Below are positions 52,101-64,000 of a stretch of DNA of 64,000 nucleotides, piece after piece. The stretch comes from Phoronis australis. Its lineage: Eukaryota; Animalia; Phoronida. The position numbers were made by a program, and so were the translations under genes. Every line of letters starts with the position of its first letter. Within the stretch, counting starts at the first letter, position 1. The stretch lies in assembly GCA_002633005.1 (NCBI GenBank), contig NMRA01000130.1, positions 769,440-833,439 of the forward strand, read 5' to 3'. Under the pieces are notes generated by a model. That model was not told the DNA's origin and searched no databases. It saw nothing but the letters and a program-made list of their open reading frames with translations.

Positions 52101-55100
52101 GCCCCGTTGGTCATTTCACTTTCACCAGTTGAGTGAGATAGCAGTTTACAGCACACTACATTGAAAGTAACATGAATTTCTGCACAGGTTTGAGCACACA
52201 AGTTCAGCTGAGAGATGACAAACCTCAGCCATTGTAAACATTATCCAAGTCACAAGAAAGAGGTTCAAAGTCAAGCATTTCTAAGAAACACATCTGAAGA
52301 AAATTTAATGATATTAAAATAACAGAATCATTGGACATTTTACAATTCTAAAATGCAACAAATATCAAGGAACTTGGTACATATTGAGCCACAGGCGACA
52401 AAGCAAAATTGCCACTAGGGAGCGCCACAAAAGTCAAACTTGTCGGAAAATCATTATCAGCCATGCATTAAAAAGTAATCATGGTCATCAACTAAATTGT
52501 CTAAACATTCTCGTAGGTTTAAAACACATCACACTGGTAGAGTGTTAGGAGTATGTAGTACCACAGATGTTCAAAGAGTACCACATAAGTACAATTAACA
52601 AAGTAGCAAGTATACCAGACACACTGGTTGCTCCAGCTTGCATTTTAATGTATTTTGATAAAATGAATCTAAAGACACATGTTGAGTGTGTGGGCGCATT
52701 ACCTTGGACGCAGTTTTAATAAGTTGTAAGAAAAACAACTGAGAAATGGCGACCACCCATGCCATTCCATCACTACAATGAGCAGAACCGTTCAGGTACA
52801 TCTACTTGTAGTGTTGAGGGGAGAAAGATAAATGTATGGTAGACTGGCAGTGTTACCATACTCACAAGGCATCTCAGGGAAACCATCAGTAATTGTTAGC
52901 AAACTAGATGCGGATGTAGCTTTTTGCCCTGGCAACACTCTGTGAAATCTATTAGTGTCCCCCAGGATATAGTGCGCCGGATCAAAAGTGAGGCAGTGTA
53001 TGCCTATTGGATTGTCCTTTTTGTCAGGCCTACTATAAAGGAGAGTCCGGTCGCCAATTAAAAATCCGTAGAAAAGAGCACAGGGAATCTCTGAGGACCA
53101 GCTCGTTTTCTTCAGCTTTATGCGAGCATGCTCACGAACATGATCATATTATATCCTGGAGTTTGCATTTTAGACAGTGAAAACGGGTACATTTCTTGAA
53201 AGATGAGGGAAGATATCTACATCACCATACCTCGAGTCCCCTATGAACTAAGACAGAGGCATGAAATTGCCCCGTAAATACAACCAGGTACTAGCTACTA
53301 GCGAGCCTCCTAGCAGCAGTTTACACAACTAAAGATTCAGAGAAAGACAGCCGTCCATGGCAGGCGAAAGTCTTAACAGTGAGATATACTACCTCGCTTG
53401 TGTTCGGTAACCCGGTCTAATATGGAAAATTACCAATCTGATGAACACTTTTGGATAAACACTAGTCACAAGCAAACTCAACAGATGCACACTGACATCA
53501 TTCACTACTCTGTTTATGTTAGCAAGTCAGCAATTGGTCCAAACGTCAAGCTTCGTTACGTGATATAACTAAACAAAGCATAGATTAACTAAAGACTTAC
53601 ATTTTAAATGTGTATTTTGTACCAAATTTTGAAGAGGATAATACTTTACTAACTTTATGCCAGTACTTTATATTTCAATCATCTTTGGACCACAGCAAGC
53701 CTACATTTGAAAATTTTTTATATTCCTTGCATCATTATATCAAAGTTAGATGAAAGCTGATCATCAGTTTTAAAAGAACCCAGAATTTCACTTTTTGGGA
53801 GGCCCTCTGTTAAAACTTACTGATAATAGATATATATTACTTACACATGCATAATTTCGGAAACAACTTGTTCATTAAGAGTGCGTAAGTGTATGAACAA
53901 TGTGTGAATGTCGTACCTTTTCTATTATTAGTTATCATTTGCTGATTATTTTCTTTCTTTTGAGAAATAAACTATTTACTTAAAAAAGGTTCTAGTTATA
54001 TGCCTTACCAACATCAAGTTTTCCAATATGACTCATCTACAACTTTTAGATCAGTCTACTCTGATGAGTCATGCCCGATTGAAACACTGTCATTGTTATT
54101 CAAACACTACTGCTACTAGTCTCCATACACAGCTTTTTGGACACTTCCATAGGCACTTCAATTTATCTCTCACAGATGCCCATGTCAGCACTATAATCAT
54201 AACAGTGCCATGCATCTGACCAATTAGAGATGGTTAAAAATCATGGCTTCAGATTAGTAGGTCTCAAATGTTCCCTCATTTTCAATCCTTAGTCAGTCTC
54301 CTACTGTTGACTCGTTTTAAGGCTGTTATCAACAGCATATGCTGACATAATCAACAGCTTTCTCCATTTTCATTTACTCCTGGACACGAAGTTCACACTT
54401 ATGCAGACATGAAACACCTAAGGAATAATTTTGAATCGATGAAAATACCTAAACTGGAATCACTAATCAACGAGTCCATGAAAATACACGAGCTGGAATC
54501 ACAAATCGGTGAGTCTTGTTAAATACCTGACCTGGAATCACTAATCAATTGTCTCAAAACTTACCTTGGTCATCTTGTGGCACACATTTCTTCACCTCAG
54601 CCTCTGTTGGGTTCAGATGGAGGGCGCGCAGAGCATCTCCTACCTGGTACGTGTAGACCTTGCCATCTCCTCTGTTGTCAAACAAGGAAAATGTCTCTTG
54701 GTGGTCTAAAGTCAAAGGTATACAATAAATTAAATAAAGTGTAAGGTGCAAGCGACAATGATTCCTGTAACAATTTGCTGCCACGAGTTTCGCAATGCCT
54801 ATGAAAATTCACAGCCCAAAAGAAACCCCCGACATCCTGTTTCCAACCCCAAGTGTATGAAGTAGTACATAGCTTAGACACTTTTATCGTTTCTAATGGG
54901 AACTCAAGGCCTGGACAGGTGTCCCTGGTGACAATCACAACTAGGTAGCCAGCTTTTCTACAATTGACAATTAATTCTGAGAGCAAAGCCTGCAACATGG
55001 GCGGACAGGAGACGATTAACACAATTAGGTCAACCAGAGTGCCCCACATAGCTTCGAACAGGTGGCTCATCAAAGTTTTTGAACTAAATGGAACTCCGTG

Positions 55101-58100
55101 AAAGTAAACCCCTTGTGACTTGACAAAATTTTGTGCATTTCTGATAAATCTTAGCCAGATTGTCATCAAAGTCCGGTTATTTGAAAATTACAGCTAAGTG
55201 TACACAGGATTATTAGATATTTAGTAAAATCTCTGCGTGCACACACACACACTTACATGCCTGCGCGCACGCACGCACGCACACAAACAAACAAAGACAT
55301 ACAATCTTGGCCACTCGTCTAGAGGTCAATTGACAAAAGAGGCACTTGGCAAGTAGAATTCACTGGCTGTTTGCCTGAGTGGCGACCACATATTTGGAGC
55401 GGTAAATTGACAAGAAAGGTACTCGTCACTGTTTGACTGAGTGGCGAGCACATTTTCAAACAATCAATTTCTTGCCTCGCCAAAAAGGTTTTTACCTGGA
55501 CATTTGCCTTAAGTACATTCCTGAAGTGCCGTTTGAAAGACTAAAAGTGTTCTTTCAAACTTTGTGTCAGGCCCTCCACTGTGTCTGAATCAGTGACAAC
55601 ATATCTCAGCAGGCGCCTTCTCAGGACAGTCTAATAGTTGACAAGAGCAACTTGGAGCATTGAAATGGTGCCCACGACTGCACTGCAAAGAGTGTGCCTC
55701 TAGAGGGTGTACTTAGTACCCTAAAAATGGCCATTAGATGGCACAGAATACATCGAACCATTTGAAAATGGGAAGCTGTTGCCGTCTCTCAAAATTTATC
55801 GCTATTTTACTCTATTTTATGTCATTTATTCATCAAATTGTACATATTAACTAATTTTATACTAATTTATTTTATTTATTATCTTTTCAATCTAATTGTG
55901 AATAGCTGTCTGTATTTTCCTTCATGTAATTATTTCCAACTGGGCCACTTGAAAATCAGTGTATTCACTGAAGCGGTCACCCAGTCTTGTAAAGAAGTTT
56001 AAATAAATTATTTTCCAAAGTTTATGAAAGTCCACCTCAAATCTCCAAAGATACTAACTGAAGGCAAATCGCCTCTAGAAACCATAGCCACAGGTGCAAA
56101 ATATGCACTAGGAGGCACCACAGTAGTCGGTAACATTCAAAAATTATCGCCAGCCATCCTCTTCCCAGTAAGAACAAATAAGGCAAATTTCATAATTATC
56201 CTAAGAGTGATTTCGCTCAAATGTAATAAAAAACAGCGATTAAGAGGCGTGCACTACGTAGAATTCATCTGAAAACAGAAAGATTTCATTGCTAAACTCC
56301 AAAAATACTGAAGGAAACAGAAAATTTAACAAAGGTCCTGCAGAGGGCTTAGGAGATACGGCCACTGACAAAAAACTGCCACTAGGAAGAGCCACTGTGG
56401 TTGGAGCTATATGAAGATCATCGTAAGCAATCCTTTTCTCAGTAGGATCACATTATGTCAAATTTCATAATCATCCACACAGTGGTTTGGCGAATAAATG
56501 GGGCACAAGGCAAAAAACAGGATCGAGAACAGTAAAAGAATGTCCACAAGGTGGCGCAAAATGTCAAATCCGTACGAAAACGGGAGCATCTCATTGTTTC
56601 TTTAATAGAAACCTATTTAATATACTGCATAAAAATCTGTCCAAGAACTCCAAAGAAACAGAGGAAAACAGAAAAAAATAAATAGCCAGCAGAGGGCACA
56701 GCGTTCGTTGGATTCGTCAAAAAGTCAGCGTCCTCCGTTGTCAACTTCCTATAAACACTTTTGCTAAATGTAAAGAAGATCCTGCCGTGGGTTTAGGAAA
56801 TATAGCTATGGGCACAAAAAAACTGCCAACCGTCCTCTTCACACTAAGAACATATACACCAATTTTCACAATCATCCTTCAGGTAGTTTGGTGGATAGAG
56901 GGGTGGGTGCCAAAGAACAGAATCGAAAACAGTAAAAATGGCTTCCAGGTGGCACAAAATACTTCCGAGTCCATCGAAACACAAGAGGATAGCATAAGCT
57001 CACTAATAGATGCCTATATGCCAAATTTCATGAAAATCCAGTGAAGCCCTTTGAACATAGAGGTAAACATAAAAAAAAATTTCCACTAGGGGACACATCG
57101 GTTTTCGGATCCTTCTGAAACTTGTAGTCATTCGTTGTCAGTTTCATAGGAACACGTCTGCCAAATCTCATCAAAATCCTGAGGGGTTTAGGAGATACAG
57201 ATACAGGGGAAAAACTGCCTTGAGGAGGCGCCACAGTACTCAAATTTGTCGGAAAATCATCATCAACAGTCCTTTCTACACTAAGAATATGCATGCCAAT
57301 TATTGCAATTATCCTACGAGTGGTTTGGTTGATAGAGGGATGACGCCAAAAACAGACTTGAAAACAGTAAAAATGGCCACTAGGTGGCGTAAAATACCTC
57401 GAATCCATCAGAAAACGAGAGGATAGTGTCACCTCACTATACACCAAATTTTATGAAAATCCGTTGAGGACTTTTGGAATTGTCCATATTTGAATAAATT
57501 ATGAACTCGGGGGTGGGGGGAGTAAACATTTTCTAAGTGATTACAGTGGCTACAGCTCATGACATCTTTTTTTGGTCATCAATTTCTAACTGCATTTCGC
57601 GTTAAGCTATGTGTCGAGTACTGCTGCATGAAACGATGTCTATGGAACGCATGCCTAGAAACACCGCCTTGAGCAAACAGCGTTTTTGTAGCGTAAGATA
57701 TGGGAGGAGCACAATTTTGTGCAGGCAAGGATGAAAAATATGTCATGACCAGAGACTGCCTGTTTATGAGGCGCATGCAAAAGATGGTATTCAACCAGGC
57801 ACTCATCAAGTGGTCGTCATTGGGATGGCCAGTTATAAAAAATGACGGCTTGGATCGTGGACGGCATATTAAATAGAAAAGACAGACAGACTTTTTAAGA
57901 AACAACCTCGGCGGAAACAACAACTAAACATGGATTGTTAACAATTCTGATTAATTGTTTACAATATGACGGCATTGACCTAGACATGTGATTGTGTTAT
58001 CGTTCGATTCCTCGCAACCTTATCTTTCCAAAAATATATGAACATGTTCCCTACCACGCTTCATAAGTAGTTTACCGTTGAATTTCTGTTCGCAGTATTT

Positions 58101-59034
58101 CACGGTTGACACCGCCATGTTTGCTCAAGTTTACAGCGACACCTGTTCCTAATGAATGAAACAGCATCATCTATTCTGAATGGTGTTACCCCTGAAGTTT
58201 TCCTGACATAAAAAGGAGGAAGAAGGGGCAGCATTTCATTCTTTTCCAAAAATTTCTAGTATTGTGATCATTTGACCACTTTTGCACAGAATTGTTTCTG
58301 TAGATTAATTCAGTTTTTGACCGCCAGGTGACTCCTTCCATTCAACATGGCAGTATCACTACCGAGTACTGGGAAGTAGTGAGAGCAGAAATTTCACGAT
58401 AAAATACCATGGGAATGGGGTCAGAGAAATTTCCATGTATTTTTGGAAAGATAACATTGTGAGGAATCAAATGATACGGTACCAAGGTAAAATCATGTGT
58501 GCAGCCATAGGTCAATGTAGTCATATTGTAAACAATTGCCCATCAATGTCCCAATAACAATAAGCAAATACTGAAAGCCACTTCTTGAAGAGAATACTTG
58601 CCAATCCTGTCACCTCATACCAAATCCCAAGTCAATCTCAGGAATTTGGAATCCCCACCTTTCAATTACTAGACACTAGATGAGACCCTGGTTGGACTAC
58701 ACAGAAACTCACCTTGCCCGTTACAACTGTTTAAGTAAAAAACAACCTAGTAGTCACGGTTGAACATGTTTATGTAAAGCACACTGGTCTTCCTCGGTGA
58801 GTCATGCTTCACAGCATGCCTGGGGCAGCCCAGCAAAGCTCGGCAGAGCAAGGCGGGGTCAAACAAATGGCGAAAGCTGTAACTTTCTCAGGAAAATGAA
58901 GTACGAACTCACCGGCTTGTTGTTCTTCTTGTTGGCGAGACTAAAAAGAAAAATATGATGTATTATTTGGGGGTTTTAAGACGAGATAGAGACAATCAAT
59001 GGCTAAAATAAAGGCAGAAAACCCAACCTACCAT
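49126..59034 (-). CDS. Mlc-c: Myosin II essential (alkali) light chain, non-muscle type, 147 aa, 6 coding exons
   Basis: Exons 59034-59032 (ATG), 58940-58913, 54705-54565, 51995-51831, 50422-50345, 49154-49126 total 444 nt: [27 protein letters not shown]...[10 protein letters not shown]...[40 protein letters not shown]...[13 protein letters not shown]. Typical MYL6/Mlc-c motifs and an ATG-only first coding exon. Confidence 0.93.
50345..50422 (-). CDS. Mlc-c: Myosin light chain exon 5
   Basis: [26 protein letters not shown]; phase 1-1. Confidence 0.93.
50910..51590 (+). repeat. Complex repeat array (about 135-160 bp units) with CCACTAGGNGGCGC-like motif
   Basis: Homologous to 56000-57480; motif at about 51060, 51198, 51355 and 51492. 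Confidence 0.8.
51590..51870 (-). repeat. Tandem repeat (62-74 bp) of myosin light chain exon 4 3' end plus splice donor
   Basis: gtaagt donors at 51830, 51762, 51688 and 51626. Confidence 0.9.
51831..51995 (-). CDS. Mlc-c: Myosin light chain exon 4
   Basis: [13 protein letters not shown]...[10 protein letters not shown]; donor gtaagt. Confidence 0.95.
54441..54548. repeat. About 39-bp tandem repeat x3
   Basis: Unit aaatacct..actggaatcactaatc..cgagtc. Confidence 0.85.
54565..54705 (-). CDS. Mlc-c: Myosin light chain exon 3
   Basis: [40 protein letters not shown]; donor gtaagt. Confidence 0.95.
55236..55295. repeat. CA/GCAC/ACAA compound microsatellite
   Basis: Visible directly. Confidence 0.85.
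56000..57480 (+). repeat. Complex repeat array (about 135-165 bp units) with CTCF-like motif per unit
   Basis: Motifs at about 56105, 56378, 56544, 56685, 56941, 57083, 57217 and 57374. Confidence 0.8.
58913..58940 (-). CDS. Mlc-c: Myosin light chain exon 2
   Basis: Polypyrimidine acceptor ending tag; SRQQEEQQA; donor G|gtgagt. Confidence 0.8.
59032..59034 (-). CDS. Mlc-c: Myosin light chain ATG-only coding part of exon 1
   Basis: gaagATG|gtaggt, 91-nt intron to a phase-0 acceptor. Confidence 0.75.
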
Positions 59035-59075
59035 CTTCGAAATCCGAACAGGAAATGACACTTCCGGGTGCTCTG
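59035..59075 (-). promoter_or_regulatory. Putative 5' UTR/core promoter of myosin light chain with ETS-type site
   Basis: CCGGAAGTG on the minus strand about 25-35 nt upstream of the ATG. Confidence 0.4.
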
Positions 59076-62000
59076 CATTCTGGGTACAAATATTTGTCAA
59101 TTGGTGTCGCTTTTATCGCCCCACCTTGCGGCACGCAGGGAACCAGCGAGCATATATGAATGGGGACCATGTGAGTGACCTGTGACCCAACTATACGTGC
59201 GTGCTCAGCCCCAGAAAGTGTAGTAGGGCTGGAATTTGTTTGCCGTCTTGTCATAAAAAGGAGACGCATTTCTAAGTCACGGTCTGTCGGGACATTGCGC
59301 GCAAACAGCGGGATCGACCATTGCCGCATGAAAAAAAAAGGTTTTTCGACAAATTCGGTAATTTGGTCACTAGGGAATGAAACATCTCTGTGACGTTTTT
59401 AATTTATCAGATATTTATGCCGTGGTCCGAATTTTTTGCCGGCTCATCCAAAAATTTGCAAAAGTAGCCGAAAACTGACACCAACCAATGAAACGCGTCA
59501 AAGATCGCTTCTGAATTATCCAAAGACGTTATCCTATGTTCACTGACGTAACACGTTTACAACTCAATGAAGAGGGCCGAGTGTTCAACTTGATTTGGAA
59601 ACAATCAAATGACGGCCGGATTTTCACAAGTGTCAGGTATCTACTTGCCACCACTAGCTAGCCTACACTCACGTTCTTTGGAAATTTCTAGGTTGCATGT
59701 TAAATGACCAGTCTCGGCTTGCATTTCCAAATTTCAGGTCCGAATGTCTAGCGCCGTGTTGATTACAACCGACACCGAAATAGCGCGTACTCGCTGAGTA
59801 GGCATTGCTGGATGGAGCTAGTCACTAACTTTCCGCGGCTACCAATTACCCGAATAAATGGCAATTTGTTTACAAGTTATTTTTATCGATTTATTTTTAT
59901 CGATAAAGATTCGTGTACGAACTATTTTTCGTTCGACCACCTACTGCAATGGCAACTAAAGTTAACCGTGAAGGACGGTCGAGATAAGACAGCCGCACTA
60001 AACCTCGCGTTGACAATTCATTGGGTTGCGGAATTTGGAACATTAACATTCCCAACCATAAATAAACATTTGAATTCGTTTTTCAAAAAAATATTTCGTC
60101 ACACAACTCATTAATTGCTCTCTGAACTCAGAACCTTACAGCTAATACGCACATAGTTCTACTCATGTCACGGGACCACTGTGGCCATAAATTTAATCCT
60201 GAAGATGTAACGTCTGCAACACGTGAAGATTGCACGCGCGCACTTCGCCACGTGAGAATAGTTGCAATCAAACTGGAGCCAATGAGATAAATATATATAT
60301 CTCATTGACTGGAGCACTGTATAGTCATTTGTCGTCTACGCACTACACTTACCGAAATCAGCTCTAACAAGACTACGGGACGGCACGGTATTGTTACTCC
60401 GCTCTTTTGTAAATTTATTTGTTGGGAAAATCCGCTGCTATGACAATTTTACTGCCATTTGGCGACTCACTGGAAAATCTTATCGCTATTTCCACATTTT
60501 CTGTCGCCAAAAAAAGCGATCTGAAAAACGACTTTTCGAACTCTATGCTAGCGTAGTAACGTTTATAACGGATTCTGACCATCTGAATAGAAGTGGTGCT
60601 TGATTTGTGTTCGTTTACAAGAATGAAAATTCCCATTTTACCGATCCAAAAATCGTGTACGAATTATTTTTTACGACGCAAATATTTGTGCGAACTTTTT
60701 CCCTCGGACGCCAACTGTCCGAACTACTGGAGACAAACGGCACGTTTCAAGGGTAATGAACGAACTAATAGAGTGTACGAATTAATACAGAAAACACTGT
60801 AGCATTGACTTGAACTGTGCATATATTTACATCGGTCGCTGCGTAGTCACTCCAATAATTCATGTTTGGTTAATACCAGTGCTCAAGGTACGTGTGCTCC
60901 TAGAATGTTAGTCATTCAAGCGTAAACGTGTAAAAGTTGTTGTGAACATGCCGACATACATTTGGTCTCCATGCCGACAGTGGAACTAGTTAACAGCGGT
61001 TCGATGTTATGGTTGTATCCGTCAAACAAACAGGCTCTTAAACTATCTACTTCGTCGTTATCTAGCTCTGTTTGCACCAATACAAACAGGTTTTAATCTC
61101 TTGGGCAAAAATTAGATTTACTGCGTCACATTGCCTCTTTCAAGCTCGCCGCCAGAAACGGTGAATTTACGACCAAACGACGCGGTTTAAAGTACTGCCT
61201 GGTGTTTTCGTGATAGTATGCTTGAGCTAACCCTGAGCTCACCATCGTCAGAGTATTTGGTTATCTTCTGAGATTCACTAAAGACTTGGTGAGAATTAGT
61301 TATCGAGCGACTGCCTCCAACGAGTTTGCCCATAAATGGTTTGACTTCGGGCACCAGATTAGATATTTTTAACGGAATCATAAGTGTGTGACACTTCACT
61401 GTTCAAGATCCAGTGCATCGTCAGTGGTTGTAAGCCTGTCAACCGAACAAACTTCCACAGGCAGGCCTGTCCGCTTTCCTTGCCAAACTGTCAGAGTTTT
61501 GTCCATTTTCAAAGAAGATAATTAAACTAAATTAAGAGCGTGATTTTCGAAAAATACAACGCTGTAGTCGACTTGTGTTAAGTTTCGAATTAAAATGAGA
61601 TCTACAATACCAATTCTAATTAGCAAAATTGTTTTTCTAGTTGCGCATTTCGTATATATCACGGCCGGCTATGGGAAGTTCACAGGATTTTGATTCATTC
61701 ATTACGGAACCATTTTCTCTCAAGATCCGTCTTCCATCTTCACTGAACCATTGGCAAGTAAACTGTTTGATAACGTATGGAGGACGAAAGCGCACTTTTT
61801 GAAAAAAAGCGGACGTTACATTTCTTCGCCTAGTGGATGAAGAACCAAAACAAAAGGCGTGCTTGGGAAATCATTTGAAGGTCCGTTTTTAAGAGTGTAA
61901 GGTAGTGAAGTGGACGGGAAAACGTTACAAAAACGATACGCGCGGTAAGAACCGCTTTCTGGAGTCCGGGATAAAAGTTCTGCGGCCTCCCGGCCTGTGC

Positions 62001-62218
62001 CCTCCGTGTCGCGTCTAGCACTAGAATGGTCATGACAATTTTGGTCCTCGCAACAACGTTGACACATGGGGATGTTTGAAGTCACGCATCAAGATGAGAT
62101 TGGCATAAACACTTACAGTAGATAACTGCTAGAGACGAAATGATGCACCTTTGTTTCTTTTCAGTTTGAAACAAGGACATTGGCCTCCCATCAGCGGTTA
62201 CCTCTCATCTACTCAAGC

Positions 62219-62291
62219 ATGAGACACGCGTTGAGGATCTTAGTACTGGCGTTTATACCTCTGGTAGTATTGTCTTCGCCAGTTGACAAGG
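62219..62291 (+). CDS. First coding exon (signal peptide) of an unidentified secreted protein
   Basis: Acceptor ctttgtttctttttcag ends at 62164; MRHALRILVLAFIPLVVLSSPVDK then G|gtaagt. Confidence 0.6.
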
Positions 62292-63712
62292 GTAAGTAAA
62301 TTTCTCGTTTCTTAAAGAATAAAAACTTACCTTTCCGGGAAATCGCTATTCTAAACCTTTTTCAAGTTAAATAGCTGCTGTGGAGCCCACCCTGTACCGA
62401 AATTAATATTTTGATTTAAGACACATTCTGCAGTTATTTAAAAAACCTAGTCTCAGTGGCTAATGCACCGTGAAGTTTCAATTAGATTGGTTCAGCTGAT
62501 AAGGACTTAATGAGCCCCTAAGAGACCTCTCAGACCAGGCCCGAAATGTTGAGCTTAGACTAGAAGTGGGCTTGTGGAGAATAATTCGTTGTTGATTTGG
62601 ACCAAACCCAAAGTTGGGGTCACTGGGCGTGGTCTCAAGTGATTTGTCGTCTGCCAGTTCACTCCAAGCTCACGCGCCTGTTTCATGATAGTGACAACAG
62701 ACTTACATGCAAGAAAGAAACTTGGATCCCACGCTCCTACTTTACAATTACCGATAAATTTGTCGACAAGTATGTACCACAAATCACAGCTGATTTACAG
62801 AAATAAACTAGACATTAACTAGATTTTAAACTTGTGTACAAGTGAGATTGAGCTTTTTTGAAAGAGTTTTGTGGAGCATGAGACGAATGCTTGACCAGCC
62901 TTGGTTCACTTTCCGTGAAACAGAACCCAGAAATCACTTCTTATCTGAATATAATTTACAGTATTTGGCTAAACTAAAACTGTTTTTGTCAGAATGCACC
63001 AATTAAAGAGCATTCCACAAGGATCGCCGATCCATGCGACTAGGCTATTAATTCATACAAGTGAACTGTTATTAGATATTTGTGACTAATAATTAAGAAT
63101 GTACGGTAACCATTTTCATCATTTCATAACACTGATAAAAAAACTGTCGCCAAAATCGGCACATTTCGTAAATTACAAACTCTTTGCGTTCAATGAAATG
63201 TTATTTAACTGCAGAAGTCATTTTGTCTGCACACCACCGTAAATTAAAATATGAACTCGAAAAATACAAATGCAACTTATTTTTTGCCAGAATCCTACGT
63301 TGACACCATCACCAGTCGAGATTGAGCAACGTGACTGGTTTGTGTACCACAAAATCTGCCGGCATTGATCAAAGACACCATGCTGTTGTAGTCAATTTGC
63401 ATCGCCTCAGGATTCTGATGTAATCGTTCTCTAGATAATCAGGCCAGTCAATAAACATACTGGGGCAACAGTTGAATCTTTTTAAAGTTTCGCTTTGAAA
63501 GTGTTTAAATGGCGTACGGTATTTGAATACTTCGAGTATACGTGAATAGGCTTTTTAATTTTGAAAATCGGACAGGAAATTTGACGGTTTCAACCTAAAA
63601 TCTGTGTATAATGCCGCCATGTTATGTTCTTCATTAATTCTGCTGTGTGTGCAACATAATTGGTCCAATTGCCAAACCACCAGGTGGCAGTTGGATTTTG
63701 AGCTAAACCAGT

Positions 63713-63840
63713 CTCCCATTCAGTAACGCTAGGACCACGCTAAAAAGCAAGACTTCGCGAGATTACGTGAGATATTGCCGTGCATTTTAAATGAGAACAC
63801 GTGACTTTGACTAGGTCCTAGCCGCTACTGAACGCACGCA
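63713..63840. mobile_element. MITE copy (inverted relative to 42420-42572)
   Basis: ttcagtaacgctaggac...gtcctagccgctactgaac. Confidence 0.75.
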
Positions 63841-64000
63841 AGGTGTTACCGTAAAGTTATTGGCATGTTTCAGCTAAAATGAAGCCGAAGGAATATCATT
63901 AAGAAAACGTGAACATCTTACAGCTATTTTGAAAACATGTGTAATTCATAAACACCCACTGGTCCAGAAGATCTCCATAACAAGTCCATGTACTAGTACA

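Noticed and set aside
56787-57447. ORFs of 68-139 aa
   Set aside because: Lie within the repeat array; frames are not conserved between units.
61816-62085. Cys-containing 89-aa ORF, possibly THAP-like
   Set aside because: Spacing and downstream THAP residues do not fit.

Overview
AT-rich, intron-rich animal (most likely marine invertebrate) genomic DNA; the organism cannot be determined from sequence alone. (1) A minus-strand gene spans at least 1-32643 and runs off the left edge. I traced 17 phase-compatible GT-AG exons (8,904 nt, about 2,970 codons) plus a candidate signal-peptide exon. It encodes a giant, probably secreted protein: EMI domain, EGF/Cys-rich modules, then many FN3/Ig-like beta-sandwich repeats. 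(2) A complete 6-exon myosin essential light chain gene (Mlc-c/MYL6-like, 147 aa, minus strand, 49126-59034). (3) The signal-peptide exon of a plus-strand gene at 62219. The non-coding DNA holds a Penelope-like retroelement 3' end with an intact minimal hammerhead ribozyme, several decayed hammerhead-like motifs, 22-30 bp palindromic micro-inserts flanked by 8-bp duplications (P-element-type footprints), MITEs (one nested), long G-U-rich hairpins, THAP and LINE relics, intronic repeat arrays with one CTCF-like motif per unit, a minisatellite born from a splice donor, and two near-identical duplications abutting single-N gaps that look like collapsed haplotypes. All coordinates and alignments were done by eye.
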